Positions 1-8,789 of a stretch of DNA of 32,000 bases are shown here, piece by piece (position 1 is the first letter of the stretch; the number at the start of each line of letters is the position of its first letter). Below the pieces are notes generated by a model that searched no databases, was not told the origin of the DNA, and was given only the letters and a program-made list of their open reading frames with translations. A program made the translations under genes and the position numbers. Origin of the DNA: an uncultured Candidatus Saccharibacteria bacterium (GTDB taxonomy: Bacteria > Patescibacteriota > UBA1384 > XYA2-FULL-43-10 > 1-14-0-10-43-13); NCBI GenBank assembly GCA_964543385.1, contig CAZIYE010000001.1, positions 450,001 through 482,000 of the forward strand, read 5' to 3'.

Positions 1-1393
1 CCCAGAAGATATTGAAGCAATAGAGATTGTGAAAAAGATTATCGGCAAAAAGGTTTTGCCAAAGCTGACAACTGAAACTGACCTAAACCACGTTTTGGAC
101 CAATACCAAGGTTTCGAAAGTGAGGTGAAGGAAGCGATTGAAGATGTTGAAGATAAAGATCATAAAAAAGAAGAAGATCAAAAATCTGCGTCGATAATAT
201 CAAGCTCCGCGCCAGCATCTAGGATTGTTAGTTCGCTATTAAAACGAGCCATTAGAGATAAGGCATCAGACATACATATAGAACCATATGAGGATGAAGT
301 GACTGTACGTTTTCGTATTGATGGCGTCCTACATAAGAAAGTATCTCTGCCAAAAGATATTCAGCAAGCAGTAGTTTCACGCATCAAAATTTTATCAAAC
401 CTAAAAATAGACGAGCAACGTCTACCACAAGATGGACGCTTTAGTATTATGGCAGACAACCGTAAAGTTGATTTTCGTGTCTCAACCATGCCAATTGCAA
501 ATGGCGAAAAAGTAGTTATGAGAATCTTGGATAAGCTCTCAGGGATAATTTCAATTGATGACCTAGGCTTTCGAGAAAGAGATTTTTCTCTTATCAATAA
601 TAGCTGCCAAAAATCTCATGGAATGATCTTAGTAACTGGCCCTACTGGATCGGGCAAGACAACAACTCTTTACGCCCTGATACAGAAAATATACAGCGAA
701 GGTATTAATATCATTACTTTAGAGGACCCTATCGAATACCAAATCCCCGGCATTAATCAGAGCCAGGTGAATGCGGAAATAGATTACACTTTTGCCTCCG
801 GCCTGCGCTCCATTTTACGTCAAGACCCGGATGTCGTTATGATTGGAGAGATAAGAGATAGAGAAACAGCTGAGATGGCCGTACACGCAGCCTTGACTGG
901 TCATGTTGTTCTTTCCACACTTCATACCAATGATTCTGCAGGCGCAATTCCTAGATTAGTAGATATGAATATAGAACCATTTCTATTAAATTCATCTCTA
1001 AATCTGATTCTAGCCCAAAGATTAGCGAGAAGAATTTGTGATTCCTGCAAAGAAGAAATAAATCCATCCCAAGACCAATTAAAACTAATTAAGAATGAAT
1101 TAGACAAAATGCCCCGTGAAGAAAAGGCAAAAATCGGTAATAAAATTAAATTTTACAAGGGCAAGGGCTGTAAAGATTGTTCCAATACTGGATATAAAGG
1201 CAGAATAGGAATTTATGAAGTGCTTGAAGTTGATAAGAAGATAAAAGATTTAGTCGCCAATAAAGCGTCGTCGAATGGGATTGAGGAGAGTGCTATTCAA
1301 AATGGCATGACGACAATGATACAAGATGGAATTTTAAAAGCAATCAGCGGTCTTACTACAATTGAAGAAGTATGGAGGGTCACCAAGGAATAA
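1..1393 (+). CDS. pilB: Type IV pilus assembly ATPase PilB / GspE family (5' truncated by window edge)
   Basis: Frame is open to base 2, so the tracked GTG at 29 is probably not the real start. Walker A 'GPTGSGKTTTLYALI', 'IITLEDPIEYQIPGINQSQVN', Walker B 'DVVMIGEIRDRETAEMAVHAALTGH', zinc-binding CxxC...CxxC 'CDSCKEE...CKDCSNTGYKGR'. Confidence 0.96.
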   Translation, partial: PEDIEAIEIVKKIIGKKVLPKLTTETDLNHVLDQYQGFESEVKEAIEDVEDKDHKKEEDQKSASIISSSAPASRIVSSLLKRAIRDKASDIHIEPYEDEVTVRFRIDGVLHKKVSLPKDIQQAVVSRIKILSNLKIDEQRLPQDGRFSIMADNRKVDFRVSTMPIANGEKVVMRILDKLSGIISIDDLGFRERDFSLINNSCQKSHGMILVTGPTGSGKTTTLYALIQKIYSEGINIITLEDPIEYQIPGINQSQVNAEIDYTFASGLRSILRQDPDVVMIGEIRDRETAEMAVHAALTGHVVLSTLHTNDSAGAIPRLVDMNIEPFLLNSSLNLILAQRLARRICDSCKEEINPSQDQLKLIKNELDKMPREEKAKIGNKIKFYKGKGCKDCSNTGYKGRIGIYEVLEVDKKIKDLVANKASSNGIEESAIQNGMTTMIQDGILKAISGLTTIEEVWRVTKE

Positions 1394-1394
1394 A

Positions 1395-2597
1395 ATGCTT
1401 TTTTACTACCAAGCAAAAAACAGCAAAGGGGAAACAAAAAGCGATTACTTAGAGACAAACGACAAGGCGTCTGCTTTGGCATCCCTAAAACAAAATGGGC
1501 TTTATGTAGTAAAAATTATTGAAAAGGATAAGGAAGATAGAATATCTAAGATGTTTTCGAGAAATAAGATTCCCTTAAAAGATAAAATTATATTCACAAA
1601 GCAGCTTGGGATAATGATAAGGTCAGGTCTATCAATTTTAGATGCTCTGAAATCTCTCCAAGAGGAGTCTTCTAACAAGAAAATGGAGACGATAATACTC
1701 AATTTGATCTCCGAAATTGAAGGGGGATCCCCGCTTTCAAAGGCACTTGCAAACCACAGAGAGGTATTTGGTGACATTTATATCAGCATGGTCCAATCTG
1801 GCGAAAAATCAGGAAAAGTTGATACTGTTCTAGAACGCTTGAACACTCAATTAGAGAATGATTATGATCTTCAAAGAAAAATTAAAGGAGCCCTTTCCTA
1901 TCCAATCTTTATACTTGTGACTATGATTGCGGTCGTATCTTTAGTAATCGTCTTAATCATTCCACAATTGAAAGTAATCTTCGATGATGCAGGGATCAGT
2001 TTGCCGCTACTTACCAGAATGATGATAGGTCTCAGTATGCTTTTGAAACAATATGGTATCTTCGCAGTCGCTATAATAGGCCTTCTTGTTTTTCTGGCAG
2101 CAAGATGGCGCAAAACCAATACAGGCAAATATTTCTTTGATAAAATTATACTGTCTATTCCAATTTTTGGTTCGTTGATCAAAAAGGCTTATATGGCACG
2201 CTTTACCAGGACTTTTGCTGCCCTCACATCCTCAGGTCTACCATTATTAGAAGTTTTTAAATCATCAGGCCAAGTTATCGGCAACGTTTTGTATGAAGAT
2301 GAAATAAAGAAGATGTCGCGAAAAGTAGAGGATGGCGAGCAATTATCTTCAGTGTTTAAAAAAAGCAAAATGTTCCCAAGTATAATTGGTCAACTTTCAG
2401 CAGTAGGCGAAAAGTCTGGAAATATAGACGAGGTTTTCGATAGTATCGCCGACTTCTTTGATAGAGAAGTCGATGGAATTACAGGCAACCTATCTAGCCT
2501 TCTAGAGCCAATTCTAATGGTCGTTATAGGAGCAGGCATAGGCCTAGTAGTAATATCTGTTTTACAACCAATTTATAGTTTAGTTAACGCAATTTAA
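1395..2597 (+). CDS. pilC: Type II secretion/type IV pilus inner membrane platform protein PilC/GspF
   Basis: Starts with MLFYYQAKNSKG (ATG at 1395, after the pilB stop). Two T2SSF repeats: 'FTKQLGIMIRSGLSILDALKSL' and 'FTRTFAALTSSGLPLLEVFKSS', with TM helices and C-terminal 'EPILMVVIGAGIGLVVISVLQPIYSLVNAI'. Confidence 0.94.
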   Translation: MLFYYQAKNSKGETKSDYLETNDKASALASLKQNGLYVVKIIEKDKEDRISKMFSRNKIPLKDKIIFTKQLGIMIRSGLSILDALKSLQEESSNKKMETIILNLISEIEGGSPLSKALANHREVFGDIYISMVQSGEKSGKVDTVLERLNTQLENDYDLQRKIKGALSYPIFILVTMIAVVSLVIVLIIPQLKVIFDDAGISLPLLTRMMIGLSMLLKQYGIFAVAIIGLLVFLAARWRKTNTGKYFFDKIILSIPIFGSLIKKAYMARFTRTFAALTSSGLPLLEVFKSSGQVIGNVLYEDEIKKMSRKVEDGEQLSSVFKKSKMFPSIIGQLSAVGEKSGNIDEVFDSIADFFDREVDGITGNLSSLLEPILMVVIGAGIGLVVISVLQPIYSLVNAI

Positions 2598-3596
2598 ATG
2601 ATAAACTTTTCAATCAAAAATTCGAATCCGATACTTGGCCTAGACATCGGCTATCAGACCTTGAAACTTGTTCAGATTAAACAGACCAAGCATGGGTCAT
2701 CTTTAATTGGCGCTATAGAGATACCATTGGAACAAAAAATTTTAGACAAAGACAAATTTCGCAATAAAGCAGACACTGCTAATCTGATAAAAGAAGCAAT
2801 AAAAGAGGCTAAGCCAAATTCAATAACAGCAAGAAGAATCGTGTCAGCACTTCCAGAAACTTTTGTTTTCAGCAAAACTGTACAAATGCCCAAGATGACA
2901 CAACAGGAATATTTGGCGGCAATACCAAATGAAATTGCAGGTTTTCTTCCTATCCCAATCAATGATGTTTATTTTGACTATCAAGTCCTTGTCGCTCATC
3001 CTGATGAGCCCTTAAATGATATATTGGTTGTCGCAACGCCAAAGAGATTAGTCGATGATTACGTCGAGATGGCACAGCTCGCTGGCCTAGAACTTGTAGC
3101 TTTGGAAACCAAACCATTGGCGGTTGGCAGAGCAATAATTGGAGATGATGACAAGAGTGGATCACTTGTCATCCATATAGGGACTGAATACTCTAGAATC
3201 GCTATTTGGGATGACGGCAATTTGAAACTAACAACCACCGTTAACACTGGACAGAATCAACTTCTAGAAAGCCTGGGATATACAGGAAAGCTGGATAAAA
3301 AAGAGATTAAACTAAGCGAAGCAAGTGAAAAAGATATTGCTATACCTTTAAATAATATTATTGAAGAAGCAATAAATGCCATTAAATATCATCTCAACAG
3401 AGGATATAAACCAAAACCAATTAGCAAAATTATGCTTTGTGGATCTGGTATATTAATAAGCGGTCTTGATAATTTAGTAGAAAAAGAAATCAAGATTAAA
3501 ACTGAGATCGAGAAAATAAAATTGACAGGCAAGGAATCATTGCAGCCACAATATATTGCAGCTTATGGTTTGGCTCTAAGAAAAGAGGAGGAATAA
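2598..3596 (+). CDS. pilM: Type IV pilus assembly protein PilM (actin-like ATPase)
   Basis: 'ILGLDIGYQTLKLVQIKQ', 'EIAGFLPIPINDVYFDYQVL', 'GSLVIHIGTEYSRIAIWDDG', 'KIMLCGSGILISGLDNL'. Located between pilC and pilN. Confidence 0.93.
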   Translation: MINFSIKNSNPILGLDIGYQTLKLVQIKQTKHGSSLIGAIEIPLEQKILDKDKFRNKADTANLIKEAIKEAKPNSITARRIVSALPETFVFSKTVQMPKMTQQEYLAAIPNEIAGFLPIPINDVYFDYQVLVAHPDEPLNDILVVATPKRLVDDYVEMAQLAGLELVALETKPLAVGRAIIGDDDKSGSLVIHIGTEYSRIAIWDDGNLKLTTTVNTGQNQLLESLGYTGKLDKKEIKLSEASEKDIAIPLNNIIEEAINAIKYHLNRGYKPKPISKIMLCGSGILISGLDNLVEKEIKIKTEIEKIKLTGKESLQPQYIAAYGLALRKEEE

Positions 3597-3597
3597 T

Positions 3598-4134
3598 ATG
3601 ACAATCAACCTAATCCCTCCAGCATTAAAAAAACAAAAAGAATTAGCTGCCATTTCTAATCAAATAATCTTTGGTTTGTGCGTCATTTTAATTATGCTGG
3701 GAATAATGTCTGGGGCTATATTTGTTTATAATTCGACTTTGACAAAAGACATCTCCAAGACCGATCAAGATATCTTAGAGCAAAGCAAAAGGCTAAAAAG
3801 CTTTAAGGATTTAGAAGCATTAATCAAGACGGCCAATCAAAAGCTCGATAAAATCGATGATATCTCAAAAGGGAGAATGATTTGGAGCAAAATCATTGTA
3901 GAAATTTCAAATTTTACTCCGAAAGGAGTACAAATTAAAACTATGGATTTAAATCAGGACACAAATAACGGTGTGCTTTCAGGAGTCGCCACAACGCGCA
4001 AAGATATTGCATTGTTTAAGGAAAAATTAGAGAAAGGTGGCTTTAAGAACGTCACATTTACATCTTCATCGTATAATCAAAATACAAACGATTATACTTT
4101 TTCTCTTTCGGTTGGATTGGAGGGAAAACAATGA
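3598..4134 (+). CDS. pilN: PilN-like type IV pilus assembly protein
   Basis: 'INLIPPALKKQKEL' N-terminal motif, one TM, periplasmic coiled-coil and ferredoxin-like domain; operon position after pilM. Confidence 0.85.
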   Translation: MTINLIPPALKKQKELAAISNQIIFGLCVILIMLGIMSGAIFVYNSTLTKDISKTDQDILEQSKRLKSFKDLEALIKTANQKLDKIDDISKGRMIWSKIIVEISNFTPKGVQIKTMDLNQDTNNGVLSGVATTRKDIALFKEKLEKGGFKNVTFTSSSYNQNTNDYTFSLSVGLEGKQ

Positions 4135-4679
4135 ACTCAATCAAAACGACAATATTTTATCTCCTTTTAATTTGTTCACTGGTTACGATACTCATCGTAT
4201 TTATATTGCTACCTACCGTTACAAATATAAACGAGAATAAAAAGATTCTTTCAAGCAAACAAACAGAGTTTATGGATAATGAAGAGAAAATATCTATTTT
4301 AAGAGGCCTACAGAAGAATCCTAGCGACCTTAAAATAAGGATTGATAAGATCAACAATCTTTGGCCTACAAACAGCGAGATAAGCGGTTTCATTGTAAAC
4401 TTGGAGAATATCGCTGTTGCGCAAGATATAAACTTAAAAAATATTTCCATGTCTGAACCAAAAGCTGTTTCTGATAGCAAAAAAGACTCAAAAAACAAGA
4501 AAAAGATGTCCATTCAATTCTCCTTTGACACTCAAGCTGCTTTCAATCAAAGCCTGACAATAGTTAAAGACATGGAGACACTTAGCCGTTTTAATTCTAT
4601 TAAACAGATCAATTTGACCAGAGGTGATGAAGGGTTGGTTTTCATGAAAGTAACAGGGAATGTCTACTATGGCGAATAA
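4131..4679 (+). CDS. pilO: PilO-like type IV pilus assembly protein
   Basis: ATGA overlap with pilN; one N-terminal TM, coiled-coil and 'INLTRGDEGLVFMKVTGNVYYG' C-terminal region; operon position. Confidence 0.75.
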   Translation: MNSIKTTIFYLLLICSLVTILIVFILLPTVTNINENKKILSSKQTEFMDNEEKISILRGLQKNPSDLKIRIDKINNLWPTNSEISGFIVNLENIAVAQDINLKNISMSEPKAVSDSKKDSKNKKKMSIQFSFDTQAAFNQSLTIVKDMETLSRFNSIKQINLTRGDEGLVFMKVTGNVYYGE

Positions 4680-4923
4680 AACGAAAAACGATATCACCGC
4701 ATTGATTATAGTTACAATGGTTATAATAATCGGATTTTTTCTAATTTTTTGGTTTTATTCGATAGTATCAACACTAGGAGTACAATCGGAAGACATAAGC
4801 AAAACTTTAGAGATAAAGGATGCTATTGTAGAGCAAATAACTAGTCAAAATGCCCAAAACACTCCGCTATTGCTCGAAGGAAATGACTTTGGCAGAGAAA
4901 ATCCTTTTGGCAAAATAAATTAA
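4660..4923 (+). CDS. Small bitopic membrane protein at the end of the pilus operon
   Basis: Overlaps the 3' end of pilO, one TM 'ITALIIVTMVIIIGFFLIFWFY', short acidic/polar tail, followed by a terminator. ATG at 4660 or 4669. Confidence 0.65.
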   Translation: MSTMANKTKNDITALIIVTMVIIIGFFLIFWFYSIVSTLGVQSEDISKTLEIKDAIVEQITSQNAQNTPLLLEGNDFGRENPFGKIN

Positions 4924-4931
4924 ATATAAAT

Positions 4932-4962
4932 AAAAAATACCCATATTTTCAGGGTATTTTTT
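4932..4962. terminator. Bidirectional intrinsic terminator
   Basis: AAAAAATACCC-ATATTTTCA-GGGTATTTTTT, between two convergent genes. Confidence 0.85.
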
Positions 4963-4987
4963 ATTTATATAAAGAAGAGCTAAATGT

Positions 4988-5368
4988 TCACCTCAAAGAT
5001 AAAGACTTCTCAATAGCATCTATAACTTGAGCCGGCATTATTTCACTTTTGATAAGATATTGATCATACGGCTTCATCATATTTTTGATCTTATTTATTT
5101 CTTGTACAAGTGCTGTCAACAATATTACTGGGATATTAGCTGTTTTTTCATCCTCCCGAATCTTCTTCATGACATCAATACCATTAATCTTTGGCATCAT
5201 AATGTCTAACAAAATGACATCAGGCATATCTTTGTATACCTTCTCAATAGCCTCTTCGCCATCATAAGCAGAAACAATGCTATATCCCTCTGCTCTTAGC
5301 CTTTCAGCATACATCTCGTGCAAAGTCATATCGTCATCTACTAATAGAATTTTAGCGCTGGTTGCCAT
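4988..5368 (-). CDS. Single-domain response regulator receiver protein (CheY-like)
   Basis: 'KILLVDDDMTLHEMYAERLRAEGY', 'DVILLDIMMPKINGIDVMKKIR', 'IPVILLTA'. No output domain. Confidence 0.92.
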   Translation of the reverse strand: MATSAKILLVDDDMTLHEMYAERLRAEGYSIVSAYDGEEAIEKVYKDMPDVILLDIMMPKINGIDVMKKIREDEKTANIPVILLTALVQEINKIKNMMKPYDQYLIKSEIMPAQVIDAIEKSLSLR

Positions 5369-5376
5369 TTTGCCTC

Positions 5377-6507
5377 CTAATCAGGTTTTTGATAAATTAC
5401 GTAGTCAAATAAATCATACAACGTACCGGATTGGCGGTCAATATTAGCACTGATAGTTCTCGTAGCACCGCTATAATAACCCGTTGAGATAATATTTGTA
5501 ACTGGACCAGGAATTACGTTGGTTTTTGTTTGGTTCAAGCAGGTTAAACTAGTAGCACACTGCATCGTAGATAACCCGATATAAGCGTCGTAAAATAAAG
5601 GTTTCATGGAGAGAGTTACTTTTGCAGGAGCAACTATGGGTTTTGTGCCAAATTGGGATTCAAATACAGAAATTAAATTATCCTTATGCCAAACAATATC
5701 ACCATTAGAAATACTGTTTGCTATTATTAGTTCATTTGGACAGCTAAGATCAGCTCCCCTGCCAAGGACTACGCAAGTGCTAGCTGCAGTCGCTGATGTT
5801 ATAATTGTTTTATATTCCCTGATATCCGTTCCTGTCCCAGTATAGTCAACTGTCAATTTTGCATACATTATAGCTTTCTTCTGGAAGTCAGGATCAGGAG
5901 ATGCAGGGCTCAAATATTTTGTCATTATTCTTATATCATTGTTTATGCCAGAATCAGCAAAATTGAGTTTACTTAAATCTATTTTGTAAGTTTCATCCCT
6001 CATCATTTTAAGAAATCCGTACTTGCCGCTACCATAGTTAGGGTCGAGAAGATCGATGGTGTTAAATGCTTCATCACCGTTAATATTATGACCATAAAGT
6101 GGAATAGATATGGTTCCGGCGAATCCCATCCTTAAATCATAAACCTGTTGATTTATATAAGTAGATGAGATTGTAGTGGTCTTGGCTATTCCACCATAAC
6201 CTGTGCCACGTGTAGTAATTGGTGATGGCACGTTAAGATATGATCTAAAAACCATATTTTCACCGACTTTCCAATCATAAGTAGCTGTGCCATCGCCATA
6301 AGGAATCTCTGCATTTCTATCATATCTGTATCTCAGGAAACCTTCCTCTATGCCGGACTCAGCTGCATAATAAGCACTAATACCATTTTCTGTAATACTG
6401 GCATTTCTGGATTCAATCAGAAATATACGGCCAAAAGAAAAAGCCAAACCGCCAATAGCTGCGACTAAGAATACTGCGATTACGATAGCTGAACCCCTCT
6501 GTTTCAT
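5377..6507 (-). CDS. PilX-like pilus assembly protein / large minor-pilin-like protein
   Basis: Likely start MKQRGSAIVIAVFLVAAIGGLAFSFGRIFLIES...ISAYYAAESGIEEGFLRYRYD: N-terminal TM followed by the 'AYYAAESGIEE' element typical of PilX/PilW-type proteins. The upstream part of the tracked ORF (6508-6621) is unlikely to be translated. Confidence 0.75.
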   Translation of the reverse strand: MKQRGSAIVIAVFLVAAIGGLAFSFGRIFLIESRNASITENGISAYYAAESGIEEGFLRYRYDRNAEIPYGDGTATYDWKVGENMVFRSYLNVPSPITTRGTGYGGIAKTTTISSTYINQQVYDLRMGFAGTISIPLYGHNINGDEAFNTIDLLDPNYGSGKYGFLKMMRDETYKIDLSKLNFADSGINNDIRIMTKYLSPASPDPDFQKKAIMYAKLTVDYTGTGTDIREYKTIITSATAASTCVVLGRGADLSCPNELIIANSISNGDIVWHKDNLISVFESQFGTKPIVAPAKVTLSMKPLFYDAYIGLSTMQCATSLTCLNQTKTNVIPGPVTNIISTGYYSGATRTISANIDRQSGTLYDLFDYVIYQKPD

Positions 6508-6529
6508 CTCGGCCTCTTTATTTAAGTAA

Positions 6530-6558
6530 ATTATAATCGAAATAAGAAAAGTTTGCAA
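6530..6558 (-). promoter_or_regulatory. Sigma70-type promoter for the PilX-like gene
   Basis: On the minus strand TTGCAA (6558-6553), 17 bp spacer, TATAAT (6535-6530), about 23 nt before the ATG at 6507. Confidence 0.6.
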
Positions 6559-6562
6559 AAGG

Positions 6563-6591
6563 TTATCAATCCAAAAGAATTTGGGTATAAT
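6563..6591 (+). promoter_or_regulatory. Putative promoter for the histidine kinase gene
   Basis: TTATCA (6563-6568), 17 bp spacer, TATAAT (6586-6591); ATG at 6601. Confidence 0.5.
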
Positions 6592-6600
6592 GTTGATACC

Positions 6601-7884
6601 ATGAGAAAAAATCAAAGCCACCTTACCTGGGAAGCTATCACTTGGATATTGATTATCGCTCTCACTCTAACCACAGTGATATTTTTTCCGTGGTATATAG
6701 CCGGCAATGTATTGAGTATTATTCTTGGGATAGCAGTTGCCGCTACAGTTTTTTGGTATTTCAAAAGCAGACAGCTGTATTTGGAAAGTCAAGATAAGAG
6801 TAAAAAAATCTTGGCAGATCAAAAAGAAATTAAAAACCACCAAAAGACAATTGATCTGATTTATGAAAACTCCGCCGATGGTATTCTGATATTGGACAAT
6901 GAACAAAGGATAGAAAGCTTTTCCCCAGGCATGGAAAATATTACGGGATATGAGTCTCGTGAAGTTATTGGACTATTAGCAAAACAGGTTCTAAAATTTC
7001 GTGCGGAAAAAGGAGAAAGTCTTTTGCCGGATCTAATGTTTTTGCCAAAAGACATCAGAAAAAGACCTTATTCAAAAAGCTATATCACAACAAAAGAAGG
7101 GCGAGAAATAACTGTTGAGGCAAGTTACACCTCTATAAAAACAAAGGACGAACACAAAGCGATGGCTATTATCCGTGATGTTACTTATGCTGAAGATTTA
7201 GTGACGCGCGACAAGGAATTTATTGCCATTACATCTCATCAAATGAACACCCCTCTTTCAATAATGCGTGGCTATCTTTCTATGCTAATTAATGGCAAGG
7301 CCGGTAAAATTTCTGAAAATCAAAAAAAATATTTACAGGAGGTATATGATTCTACCAAGAAGCTTATATCCCTCACTAATAATCTACTATCGATATCAAG
7401 AATTGAGCAGGAAAAAGTTGTAATCGAAAAATCAGAATTATCAACTAAAGATCTAGCTGCGCAACTCCGGAAGAATGCGAATACAGAGGCTATAAGCAAA
7501 GAAGTTTCTCTGGAAATAGAAATGCCCGAGCCAGACTTTATTTTCTATGCAGATGAAGCAAAACTAGTCCAAGCATTATCAAACCTCATCGATAACGCTA
7601 TAAAATATACAAAAAAAGGCAAAATAAAAGTTTCCTTCAGCAAGAAAAGTGATTCTGTCACTATTTGTATCAGTGACACTGGTATCGGTATCCCTGACGC
7701 CGACACCGAAAAGATTGGGGAGAAATTTTACAGATCTCAAAATGCTATTGATACTGACAATAAGGGTACTGGTTTAGGATTATTCATTGCAAGAACTATA
7801 ATTGAAAAACACAATGGACAAATACAACTCAGTAGCAAAATAAATTCAGGAACAAAAATAACAATAAACTTACCAGTGAGGTGA
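6601..7884 (+). CDS. Membrane PAS-domain sensor histidine kinase
   Basis: Two N-terminal TM segments, PAS ('IYENSADGILILDNEQRIESFSPGMENITGY'), H box 'FIAITSHQMNTPLSIMRGYLSML', N box 'LSNLIDNAIKYT', G boxes 'DTGIGIPD' and 'GTGLGLFIAR'. Confidence 0.95.
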   Translation: MRKNQSHLTWEAITWILIIALTLTTVIFFPWYIAGNVLSIILGIAVAATVFWYFKSRQLYLESQDKSKKILADQKEIKNHQKTIDLIYENSADGILILDNEQRIESFSPGMENITGYESREVIGLLAKQVLKFRAEKGESLLPDLMFLPKDIRKRPYSKSYITTKEGREITVEASYTSIKTKDEHKAMAIIRDVTYAEDLVTRDKEFIAITSHQMNTPLSIMRGYLSMLINGKAGKISENQKKYLQEVYDSTKKLISLTNNLLSISRIEQEKVVIEKSELSTKDLAAQLRKNANTEAISKEVSLEIEMPEPDFIFYADEAKLVQALSNLIDNAIKYTKKGKIKVSFSKKSDSVTICISDTGIGIPDADTEKIGEKFYRSQNAIDTDNKGTGLGLFIARTIIEKHNGQIQLSSKINSGTKITINLPVR

Positions 7885-8258
7885 ATATGAACATGAGAGA
7901 CAAAAATATTTTAATAATTGACGATGAAGAACCAATACTTAGAATGTATTCTGCTTCGTTAAGTGAATACAATATTTTGACTGCTTCAAACGGAGAAGAG
8001 GGATTGGCAGTCGCAAAATCCGAGAAACCAGATCTGATTTATCTTGATATTATCATGCCTAAGATAAACGGCTTGGATGTACTCAAAAAACTGAAAGATG
8101 ATGATCAGACAAAGGAAATCCCTGTCATTCTCCTAACAAACTTGCCAGAGGAAGCGTCAAAAGACAAAGCCGAGGCGCTCGGCGCATATGATTACTTCGT
8201 AAAGGTTAATTATGAACCAGAAGACCTCCTCGAAGCGACAAAGAAGATATTGAAATAA
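7881..8258 (+). CDS. Single-domain response regulator receiver protein
   Basis: ATGA overlap with the kinase; 'NILIIDDEEPILRMYSASLSEY', 'DLIYLDIIMPKINGLDVLKKL', 'IPVILLTNLPEEASKDKAEALGAYDYFVK'. Confidence 0.93.
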   Translation: MNMNMRDKNILIIDDEEPILRMYSASLSEYNILTASNGEEGLAVAKSEKPDLIYLDIIMPKINGLDVLKKLKDDDQTKEIPVILLTNLPEEASKDKAEALGAYDYFVKVNYEPEDLLEATKKILK

Positions 8259-8285
8259 ACTTCTTATTATTTATAAAAACAATCA

Positions 8286-8320
8286 AAAAATGTTCTGAAT
8301 TTTTATTCAGAACATTTTTT
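8286..8320. terminator. Bidirectional intrinsic terminator
   Basis: Perfect 15-bp stem AAAAATGTTCTGAAT-TTTT-ATTCAGAACATTTTT between the response regulator (+) and tRNA-Glu (-). Confidence 0.9.
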
Positions 8321-8394
8321 GGTAGCGTCATGGGGAATCGAACCCCAATTACCGCCGTGAGAGGGCGGCGTACTAACCGTTATACGATGACGCC
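8320..8394 (-). tRNA. tRNA-Glu(CTC)
   Basis: GGCGTCA-TC-GTATAACGGTTAGTAC-G-CCGCC CTCTCAC GGCGG-TAATT-GGGG TTCGATT CCCC-A-TGACGCT-A-CCA. Acceptor (G.U first pair), anticodon and T arms pair. Confidence 0.93.
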
Positions 8395-8618
8395 ATAAAT
8401 CTTACTGATTCTAACACTTTTGAGTATTTTTTTCAAGAAGCAACACTCTTCAAATGGAACAAAGAGCGTTTACCTCTACAATGTTTTTTCCGGCATATTT
8501 CGTTGACGAATAAGGATTTGTTAATACATCAGTAGAAAAGGCCGCTTAGAGCTTCTTAAGATTTTACAACGGTATAATATCCCCATAATATTAATGGTAA
8601 TTTCACATAGAACAAGCA

Positions 8619-8647
8619 TTGAGAACAGCCTGATAATATGGTATAAA
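8619..8647 (+). promoter_or_regulatory. Promoter for tRNA-Gln
   Basis: TTGAGA (8619-8624), 17 bp spacer, TATAAA (8642-8647), 18 nt upstream of the tRNA 5' end. Confidence 0.55.
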
Positions 8648-8664
8648 TTTAAGGACAATTATTC

Positions 8665-8738
8665 TCCGAGATCGTCTAGTGGCAGGACAGCAGATTCTGG
8701 ATCTGCTTACCTAGGTTCGAATCCTAGTCTCGGAACCA
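8665..8738 (+). tRNA. tRNA-Gln(CTG)
   Basis: Acceptor TCCGAGA/TCTCGGA; anticodon arm GCAGA-TTCTGGA-TCTGC; T arm CTAGG-TTCGAAT-CCTAG; ACCA end. Confidence 0.93.
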
Positions 8739-8742
8739 TAAT

Positions 8743-8768
8743 AAAAACACCAATTTCTTGGTGTTTTT
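8743..8768. terminator. Intrinsic terminator
   Basis: AAAAACACCAA-TTTC-TTGGTGTTTTT between tRNA-Gln (+) and the helicase gene (-). Confidence 0.88.
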
Positions 8769-8789
8769 ATTTATATATCTAGGTCTTTG

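Noticed and set aside
8594-8782. 62-aa plus-strand ORF covering tRNA-Gln
   Set aside because: Overlaps a well formed tRNA and a terminator.
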